Source: Myxococcota bacterium | GTDB taxonomy: Bacteria; Myxococcota_A; Polyangia; Nannocystales; Nannocystaceae | Reading direction: 5' to 3' | DNA: 64,000 nt | Assembly (NCBI GenBank): GCA_039028615.1 | Contig: JBCCHT010000001.1 | Span: 192,001-256,000, forward strand | Shown: positions 57,257 through 64,000 of the stretch, in pieces | Position numbering within the stretch: the first letter of the stretch is position 1 | Layout: every line of letters begins with the position of its first letter | Translations under genes and position numbers: made by a program | Notes under the pieces: model-generated | Database searches by the model: none | What the model was told of the DNA's origin: nothing | Seen by the model: only the letters and a program-made list of their open reading frames with translations

Positions 57257-58264
57257 ATGTTGCGTCACGTGCTGGCCCTGGGGCTCGCGTCGATCCTGGG
57301 CGGGCTCGTCCCCTCCACCGCCGACGCCGCCTCGCGAACCGACTACAAACTCGGACACTTCTATTCGCTGGACGAAGTCGACGATGCCGTGGTCGAGCGA
57401 GCGGCCGCGGCCGTCGTCCGCTTCCCCACCGCCACCGGGTTCATCATCCACCCCGACGGCTACGTGCTCACCAACCACCACGTTCGCACGAGCTTCGGGC
57501 GCCGCGGCACGGTGAAGCGGCGATGGGTCGAAGGGGGCGCCGCCGAGTCGCTGGACGTACAGCTGGTGTTCGACGACGCCGACCGGGACATCGCACTGTA
57601 TCGCGTGATCGATCCACCCGGCTCGCTCCCCGCGGTGGAGATCACCACGCGCGCCGCGACGCCCGGCGAGCCCGTGTTCGTGCTCGGCCACCCGAAGGGC
57701 CACCGAATGCGCGCGTCCTTCGGTCGCGTGCTCGTCGACGAAGTGGAGATCGGTGGTCGGCCCTCGGTGGAGTACAGCGCCCAGACCTGGTGGGGCTCAT
57801 CGGGCTCGCCGGTCTTCGACGCCCAGGGTCGCGCCATCGCAATCCACTGGGGATGGGATAGCAAGGGCCTGTCGAACGGGCGGCTGACCGGGGTGCCGTT
57901 CGACGTCATCGAGCGCGAGGTCGAGCGCATGCGCCCCTACCTCTCGAACGAGGCTCTCGGGGGTGCACCGCCGGACGACCGAGGCTGCGACGATCCCTCG
58001 CAGTGGTCGTTGCGTACCCGCCTGGTCGCCCGAGGCGAGCGCACCGATCGCCTGAAGGTCACCGTGGTCGCCCCCGACCCGAGCTGCGAGGACGTCATCG
58101 ACTCGGTCGGCTACCAGCTTCACCCCACCTTCGAGAACCCCACGCCGAGCGTGCGAGGTACGGCACCGCTTCGATTGCGAGCCTGGGGCTCGTTCGTGGC
58201 CACCGCCGTCATCACGCGGTCCGACGGTGAGACGCTGACCTTCGCCGATCGCATCGCCTGGTAG
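57257..58264 (+). CDS. Secreted trypsin-like serine protease with C-terminal pYEATS domain
   Basis: Signal peptide (ADA-A); triad LTNHHV / RDIAL / GSSGSPV; C-term IDSVGYQLHPTF...LRLRAWGSF. Confidence 0.85.
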   Translation: MLRHVLALGLASILGGLVPSTADAASRTDYKLGHFYSLDEVDDAVVERAAAAVVRFPTATGFIIHPDGYVLTNHHVRTSFGRRGTVKRRWVEGGAAESLDVQLVFDDADRDIALYRVIDPPGSLPAVEITTRAATPGEPVFVLGHPKGHRMRASFGRVLVDEVEIGGRPSVEYSAQTWWGSSGSPVFDAQGRAIAIHWGWDSKGLSNGRLTGVPFDVIEREVERMRPYLSNEALGGAPPDDRGCDDPSQWSLRTRLVARGERTDRLKVTVVAPDPSCEDVIDSVGYQLHPTFENPTPSVRGTAPLRLRAWGSFVATAVITRSDGETLTFADRIAW

Positions 58265-58273
58265 GCGACGGCC

Positions 58274-59695
58274 TCACGGCGAGTCTCGGGCCCGATGCGC
58301 AAGCTCGATGAAGATGCCCCCTTTGCGCTTGATCGCGCTCGAGACTCGGAGGTCACGCGTGGAGAATGATGGAGCGGCCACGGTCGTCTTCGGAAGCCGA
58401 TAGCGCTGAAGAATGCGCGCCAGGATCAGCTGCCCCTCCATCAACGCGAACTCCCGCCCGATGCACATCCGCTGGCCCGTACCGAAGGGCATGAAGGCCT
58501 GGCGGTGACGATCGGCCGAGCGCTCCGCCGAGAAACGGTCGGGATCGAAGACGGTGGACTCCGGCCAGTGCTCGGGATGATGGTGGATCGTGTAAGGCAG
58601 CAAGATCACCGAAGTGCCCGCCGGGATGTGGAACCCGTCGATGGTGTCGTCGTCGACGGCCGCCCGGGTCAGCCACCAAATCGGCGGGATGAGGCGCATC
58701 GTCTCCTGCAGGACCTGACGCGAGTAGGACAGCGAACGGAGGTCGTCGAAGGTCGGCGTACGCTCTCCCAGCACGGTATCGACCTCCTCGCATAGCCGCG
58801 CCGCGACCTCGGGATGACGCTCGAGCAAGTGGAGCGTCCAGCTCAGGACGACGGCGGACGTCTCATAGCCGCCGAGGAACAGGGTCACCGCCTCGTCCCG
58901 GAGCTGCTCGTTGGACATGCCCTTGCCGTCCTCCGTGTCGACGGCGTCCAAGAGCATCTGAATGAAATCGTCGGAGTCGACGCGGTGTCGCTGCCGATCC
59001 GCGATGACCTTGTCGATGGTGCCGTGGATGATCTGGATGGACTCTCGGTAGCGCCGCTGCCCGGGGGCGGGCAGCCACTTCGGTAGAAGGCTGAACACCA
59101 TCCCCCTCAAGATGAAATCCAGCGCGAAGGTGAAGGCTTCGGCGACCCGGTCGGACTCGGCTTCGTTGATCCCGGTGCCGAACATCGTGCGCAAGATGAC
59201 CTTCATCGTCATCCGCAGCAGGGCTCGTTCGGCGTCGATCGGACGCTTCGACGAGACGGCCTCGTCCCAGCCGTCCAGGCTCTCATCGATGGCCGACACG
59301 ATCTGGTCGGTCAACGCCGCCACCTTCTTCAGGTGGAACTGCGGCTGGATCATGCGTCGTTGACGACGCCACAGCTGTCCTTCACTCGTGGCGATGCCCT
59401 TGCCGACCAGCTGACGAAAGACCCGCCACATCGGCCCTTCCTTGATGTAGTTCGCGCTGCGGCTGAGCATGACGTGCTCGGCGTGGCGCGGATGGTTGAG
59501 CACGACGAACTTCTGACCGCCGAGGTTCAGCCGATAGACGTCACCGTGCTCGGCGCGCGCGTCAGTGAGAAACCCGAACAGATCGGATGCGAGCGAGGGC
59601 AGCGGACCGACCAGCGGCCAGCCCTTGGCCTGCGGCGGAAGCCTGTGCCTCGCGAATCCTCTCCCCCCCGCCGCCGTCGCTCGGTCGTTCCCCAT
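58274..59695 (-). CDS. Cytochrome P450
   Basis: GGYETS I-helix, ETMRL, FDPDRF, FGTGQRMCIG heme motif. Confidence 0.96.
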   Translation of the reverse strand: MGNDRATAAGGRGFARHRLPPQAKGWPLVGPLPSLASDLFGFLTDARAEHGDVYRLNLGGQKFVVLNHPRHAEHVMLSRSANYIKEGPMWRVFRQLVGKGIATSEGQLWRRQRRMIQPQFHLKKVAALTDQIVSAIDESLDGWDEAVSSKRPIDAERALLRMTMKVILRTMFGTGINEAESDRVAEAFTFALDFILRGMVFSLLPKWLPAPGQRRYRESIQIIHGTIDKVIADRQRHRVDSDDFIQMLLDAVDTEDGKGMSNEQLRDEAVTLFLGGYETSAVVLSWTLHLLERHPEVAARLCEEVDTVLGERTPTFDDLRSLSYSRQVLQETMRLIPPIWWLTRAAVDDDTIDGFHIPAGTSVILLPYTIHHHPEHWPESTVFDPDRFSAERSADRHRQAFMPFGTGQRMCIGREFALMEGQLILARILQRYRLPKTTVAAPSFSTRDLRVSSAIKRKGGIFIELAHRARDSP

Positions 59696-59798
59696 CGTGT
59701 CTCCCCGAGGTCTTCTAATACCTCAGGCCGGTCGACCCACGATGCCGCAAACGCCGATGTCCTCTGTAGGTGATTTCATTAAATCGCCGCACCACGAC

Positions 59799-60920
59799 TC
59801 AAGCCGCGCCCGTGACCTGGCCGGTGCGCTCCCGCTCGAAGTCGCGATGGATCATGTCCACGATGCGTCGCGCTCCGCTGGCCTCCGGCACCTGCGCGCG
59901 AAGGGCCTCCGCCAATCGCGGCACGGCGTGCCGAAGCTGGTCGAGTCGTTGCGCGCTCCAGGCCCGCTCCACCGCATCGGGTTCGTCCAGATCCAGCAGT
60001 CGTTCGTGCAGGGTCGCGACGCAGCGAAAGATCATCAGGCCCTGGATCATCGTGATCACCGGACGCGAGTGGCCCGAGACGGGTGAGCACATGCGCTCGC
60101 GCTTGAGGGGCAACCCCGTGGGCTCCGACAGCTCCCACCACAGCCACATGCGTTGGTGCAGGTACTCGTGCAGTAGCGCCTCGGCGAGGGCCGCGAGCCC
60201 GACCGAGAACGGGTTGACGAACAACACCCCGCGAAAGCGCAGCCGCAAGTTGAAACTCCACTGCGCCTGGGTCGGAGGCACTTGGGCGCCCGGCACGGGC
60301 GGCAATAGAGCGACCCCGCTGATCACCCGGCGAAAATCCGCCGACACCATCGGCGCGACGCGGTCGAGCCATTCCCGCGCGGCTTGATAGCGCTCGATGG
60401 CGACCTGAGAGTTCCCCGCGGGATGGTCCGGTGCGTAGTCGGGCGGAAAGGGAAGGTCGGCGAACAGGCCCGGCAGCGGCAAATAGACCATCGTCCCGTC
60501 CGGGTGCCACCACGTAGCGAGTCGGGGCAGCACCACGCCATCGCGCCGCTCGACGACCCCCTGGCCGAGATGCTCGAGTCGATAGATACCGTCTTCGTTG
60601 CCGGGTGCATCCACTGGGACCTCGCCCGTCACGATGGCGAGCCGCTGAAGCTGACGGTCGACGTCGCGCTCGTTCGAGCATCGATCCCCGAGGGCCATCA
60701 AGGGCGCATGAACCTCGGGGTTCGCCCACCAGCGAGCCGAGATGATCGCCGGAGCGAGACGGGCGTCGAGCTCGTCGAGACGCTCCCGACGAGAGGCCAG
60801 CACCGGGTTGTCGGCGCGGCTACGCCTCAACGAGCGCAGGGGGATGGTGTTGCGCAGATCCAGCTGGTCCCGGGCGCGAACGGGGCACAACGCATCGATG
60901 AGCGTCTCGATGTGAAACAT
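59799..60920 (-). CDS. HExxH-motif protein (aKG-HExxH RiPP tailoring family)
   Basis: SFNLRLRFRGVLFVN, LAEALLHEYLHQRM, SPVSGHSRPVITMIQG; TGATG coupling to LanB. Confidence 0.8.
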   Translation of the reverse strand: MFHIETLIDALCPVRARDQLDLRNTIPLRSLRRSRADNPVLASRRERLDELDARLAPAIISARWWANPEVHAPLMALGDRCSNERDVDRQLQRLAIVTGEVPVDAPGNEDGIYRLEHLGQGVVERRDGVVLPRLATWWHPDGTMVYLPLPGLFADLPFPPDYAPDHPAGNSQVAIERYQAAREWLDRVAPMVSADFRRVISGVALLPPVPGAQVPPTQAQWSFNLRLRFRGVLFVNPFSVGLAALAEALLHEYLHQRMWLWWELSEPTGLPLKRERMCSPVSGHSRPVITMIQGLMIFRCVATLHERLLDLDEPDAVERAWSAQRLDQLRHAVPRLAEALRAQVPEASGARRIVDMIHRDFERERTGQVTGAA

Positions 60921-63544
60921 CAGTGCCTCCACGCCTGGGTCGCGGCCGACTCGCTCGGCAGGTGCTCCCAGCGGCTGAGTAGGTTCCGAGCGAAGAAGTA
61001 CGCCCAAGCCTCTTCGACTCGGTTGTCGCGGAAATGAAGTCGGGTGCCCGTCATGTGAATGACCGAGCGAAGGTGTGTCCGCAGGCGGTCGCGATTACCC
61101 GGGCGCAGCCACCCCTGGAGTCGCTCACGACGATCGAGCAGAGCGGAGTGAATCTCCGGGTCGCCCTGCCCCTGCGCCGTGGCAATGAGCGGGTCGCGAC
61201 GCTTTCGCCACAGGTCCCCCACCGCGCGCCGATCGTCGGTGGTGTAGCCGAACTCTCGCGAGAACGAGTCGAACGCCTCTCGGCAGTGCTCGGCTTGAGC
61301 CCGCGGCGGTAGCCCGGCTTGGCTCAGGGTCTGAATGATCGCCAGCGTGTACAGGTTCGTGCGCCGCTCGTCGGCCAGAGGCAGGCAAGTGCAGGGGTCG
61401 TAGAGGCTGATCGAGTCCGCGACGAACAGCTCCTCGACGGCGGCGATGTCCTCGGCCCCGCCGTAGCGGTCCCACTCCCGCAAGTAGGGTTCCACCGCCC
61501 AGTGGCGAATGAGGTGCTGGTCGAGCAGCTCGTCGAGGCCATGCGCCAGGCTCCCCTGCAGCGCCGCTTCCTTCCGAGGAATTCGTAGCCGCAGCTCGCT
61601 GCCGATGGCATCGGACACGAACACGTAGAAGAAGTCCGCGCCACACAGGTCGCTCCGCAGGCGGCGAAGCACGGTCGGCATGCGCTCGGCCAGCGCGTTG
61701 ACCCGCAGCGTGCGAAAGGGGCCCCGTACCGCGGTCATGGTCGCGGGGCGAGGCACGGCGGCCGGCCGAAAGCGCCGCGCCTGAGGCTGCACCCGCGTGG
61801 GCACCAGAGCATGGACGGCATGGCCTCGCCCATCCACGCTCAGGTCTTCGCTCTCGACGATTTCCGAGACGAAGATGTTCTCGCGGCGATGCATGCACTT
61901 GACGAGATCGCGACGGACCGCATCGTCGACGGCAGGATCGAGCGGCAACGCACTCCCGCCCGAGCCCGCGCTGATGCGCCCCTCGAGCCCCACGTGACGC
62001 AGCCACCCCTCGAGCTCGGGTCCCAGGAGCGCCCGGGGCAATCGCGCGCTCCTCCGACTGAGGATGTGACCGCGATACGTGATGCGCGGCCGCACGGGCA
62101 AGCCGGCGAAAGCGTGGTCGATGAGGCTCTTGAAGGGGCGCTCCGCGTTGGCGGCCTTGGACAGCAAGCACACCAGCGGGTGCAAGCCCGGCATCGCATC
62201 GTTGTAGGGAATGGCGCGCACGAGCGTGATCGGGCGCTGGTCTTCGCGCACCCGAAACAGGATGCGGCGCGACGTCGCCGTGACCTCGATGTCTTCGAGT
62301 CGCAGCGATCGCTGGCCATCGCTCGCCTGACCGCAGTACTCCAACGCCAGCCCCCCGGGAACGTGTACATCCGCGACGTCTCCGAGCGGTCCGGGGCCGC
62401 GGTAGGCCAGCACGACCGGCTCCGCCTCGTCGATCTCTCCGAGGCGCTCGCTCAGCCCGGGGAGTACGTAGCGACCGACGAGCTCACGCGGCTTCACCAT
62501 GAACGGCGTAGGGCAGACCAACCGGCCATCACTCGTCCAGCGCGTGCCCATGAGCATCGTGCCCGACCACTTGGCGGTGGGAATGGGAGCGTGAGACAGA
62601 TCGATCTCCGGGTCGAGCGCACGCACCTGCAGCCACCGCAGGAACGTCTCGTCCTCGGGTCCACTCTCGAAGCGAGCCTTGGCCGCTTCGCGCAGCAGAC
62701 CTTCGGCCATGCGCTCGAGCTCGGGCAACGGGAGCCAGCGCCCGTCGAGCTGGCGAGCCAGCACCCCTTGAATGACCGCGGGCTCCGGCCTTCGCAGCCG
62801 CATCAAGACCTCGCCGACCTCCTCCAGCTCGGCCACCGATGCCGGCATGCGCAACGGAGTGGAGAAGCTGGCGTACACGTTTTCGGGAGTCGCCCGATCG
62901 GGGTCGAGGATCTGCGCCACGCTGTCGTGAAGACCGACGGACCCCGGCGCGGAGCCGTCGTTCCACAGCGCACACTCCCCGGGCCGCGCCAGCACTCCCA
63001 TCCGCGACAGCTGGTCGACCAGCCCCGCCGCGCGCTGCTGGTCGTAGCCTCGATCGGCCAGTCGCGATCGCCACGCCGCCTCGCTGCCCTGACGGTGAAT
63101 CGAGAGTGCATCGCGGATCTTGCCGGGAATGCCCACACGCACCGCTTCGAAGCTCTCGGTCGACGCATCGCGGCGATACAGCGTCACCCCATCGGCATGG
63201 AACACCGCATTGCTCGAGACGCGGAGTTCATCACTGGCCGGTAGTGCGCCCCGGCGGTGGTGGACATGCACGTCGTCCATGGACGCCGCGACGCCTCGTG
63301 GCGTGGCCATGGCCGCCGCCGCGAACAGGCTCCGCGGCACCGATCGAGACCGGACCCGCGCTTCGTACAGAGCACGGGTGTCCTCGTGCTGCCCCTCCCC
63401 CAGCTGGGTGGCCAAGTCGGGATTCGACGAGGCCGCCTCGATGGCGGCGAGGAAGCGCGCCCGCTCCGTCTCGCTCGCGTCGGCGAACGAAAAGTCGGAG
63501 GGAAACAGGGAGGTTCTCAACACACACCAGTCGATGCTCATCAC
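60920..63544 (-). CDS. lanB: Divergent LanB lanthipeptide dehydratase (glutamylation + elimination domains)
   Basis: VLRTSLFP, YEARVRSRSVPRSLFA, LVGRY, LRLEDIEV, PRITYRGHILSRR, ELRLR, YLREWDRYGG...EELFVADS, SVIHMTGTRL. Confidence 0.85.
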   Translation of the reverse strand: MMSIDWCVLRTSLFPSDFSFADASETERARFLAAIEAASSNPDLATQLGEGQHEDTRALYEARVRSRSVPRSLFAAAAMATPRGVAASMDDVHVHHRRGALPASDELRVSSNAVFHADGVTLYRRDASTESFEAVRVGIPGKIRDALSIHRQGSEAAWRSRLADRGYDQQRAAGLVDQLSRMGVLARPGECALWNDGSAPGSVGLHDSVAQILDPDRATPENVYASFSTPLRMPASVAELEEVGEVLMRLRRPEPAVIQGVLARQLDGRWLPLPELERMAEGLLREAAKARFESGPEDETFLRWLQVRALDPEIDLSHAPIPTAKWSGTMLMGTRWTSDGRLVCPTPFMVKPRELVGRYVLPGLSERLGEIDEAEPVVLAYRGPGPLGDVADVHVPGGLALEYCGQASDGQRSLRLEDIEVTATSRRILFRVREDQRPITLVRAIPYNDAMPGLHPLVCLLSKAANAERPFKSLIDHAFAGLPVRPRITYRGHILSRRSARLPRALLGPELEGWLRHVGLEGRISAGSGGSALPLDPAVDDAVRRDLVKCMHRRENIFVSEIVESEDLSVDGRGHAVHALVPTRVQPQARRFRPAAVPRPATMTAVRGPFRTLRVNALAERMPTVLRRLRSDLCGADFFYVFVSDAIGSELRLRIPRKEAALQGSLAHGLDELLDQHLIRHWAVEPYLREWDRYGGAEDIAAVEELFVADSISLYDPCTCLPLADERRTNLYTLAIIQTLSQAGLPPRAQAEHCREAFDSFSREFGYTTDDRRAVGDLWRKRRDPLIATAQGQGDPEIHSALLDRRERLQGWLRPGNRDRLRTHLRSVIHMTGTRLHFRDNRVEEAWAYFFARNLLSRWEHLPSESAATQAWRH

Positions 63545-63548
63545 GGCC

Positions 63549-64000
63549 TCACGGTTCGGGAAGAAAGAAGTCGAGGATTGGGGAATCGGGCGCCTCGGCG
63601 TAGAGCGCGGGCAGGCAGCTCGCGAGGCCGGAGATCGGGCGCAGCGTGTGCTCGTGAGCGACCCGCGGGATGCGGGCCTGCAGTCGCTGCAGGCAGCCGA
63701 TCGCCTCGGTCGAGCGCGGTCGCACGCCCAGCCGCAAGAAACGAGAGACGATGGCCGCGCGCCCGGCCTGCCCGCAACAAAAGCCTCCGTTGGTCTCGGA
63801 CTCGTCGCGAGTCGTCCGCAGCGCCTGCTGGGCGATGTGGATGAAGCGCTCGTGCTCTAGCCGTACCCCGGCCTCGACAAACACCAGCGCGTGCCCGAGG
63901 CTGCCGTTGCAGAGGCTATGGACGACCCACGAATCGGCGGGTGCTTCGTCCGTCTTGGCCGGCCAGCGAGCGCCCTGTTCGTCCTCGTGACGCCAGTTCG
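63549..64000 (-). CDS. LanC-like cyclase domain, C-terminal part (5' end beyond window)
   Basis: Frame open from 63998: ...GARWP...HSLCNGSLGHAL...NGGFCCGQAGRA; zinc-ligand motifs CNG and CCG. Confidence 0.8.
   Translation of the reverse strand, partial: NWRHEDEQGARWPAKTDEAPADSWVVHSLCNGSLGHALVFVEAGVRLEHERFIHIAQQALRTTRDESETNGGFCCGQAGRAAIVSRFLRLGVRPRSTEAIGCLQRLQARIPRVAHEHTLRPISGLASCLPALYAEAPDSPILDFFLPEP

Noticed and set aside
59696..59798. Possible RiPP precursor between HExxH and P450 (18-aa MKSPTEDIGVCGIVGRPA; biarylitide-type MxYxH)
   Set aside because: No RBS, too short for leader plus core, and no YxH motif; more likely a promoter region (contains a GATTT-N4-AAATC palindrome).
55399..63544. 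Functional link between the tRNA-Pro pair and the LanB (PEARL-like aminoacyl transfer)
   Set aside because: The LanB retains an elimination domain, unlike PEARLs, and the tRNAs are over 5 kb away behind unrelated genes; no direct evidence.

Overview
High-GC myxobacterial chromosome window. The lipoprotein, Ser/Thr kinase and TPR repertoire suggests Nannocystaceae (inference). Left to right: (1) a lower-GC accessory island (1-6970) abutting the 3' end of tRNA-Ala(TGC); (2) an apparently new RiPP system: a DUF692/MNIO enzyme, its DUF2063 partner and a lipobox-bearing precursor with nine AGCP(T) repeats, flanked by two c-type cytochrome lipoproteins (one P460-like) and followed by DJ-1/PfpI and pirin genes; (3) surface and signalling genes, including a VWA lipoprotein with a TraB-like OmpA, a membrane-tethered ECF sigma, and an ECF sigma-Ser/Thr kinase fusion; (4) a methyltransferase + paired ABC transporter + TetR module with Fur-like boxes; (5) an orphan T6SS spike/effector locus (EreA/ChaN-like+IPT protein, Tle1-like DUF2235, VgrG, DUF6484, PRK06147-like, toxin-less DUF4150 PAAR, Imm11, inverted DUF2169-TIGR02270); (6) a kinase/FG-GAP lipoprotein operon; (7) two tandem atypical tRNA-Pro genes; (8) an M50 peptidase and a secreted trypsin-pYEATS fusion; (9) the 3' part of a lanthipeptide-like cluster (LanC with CCG motif, divergent LanB, HExxH protein, P450) that runs off the right edge. 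All calls are from motifs read by eye; no searches were run.
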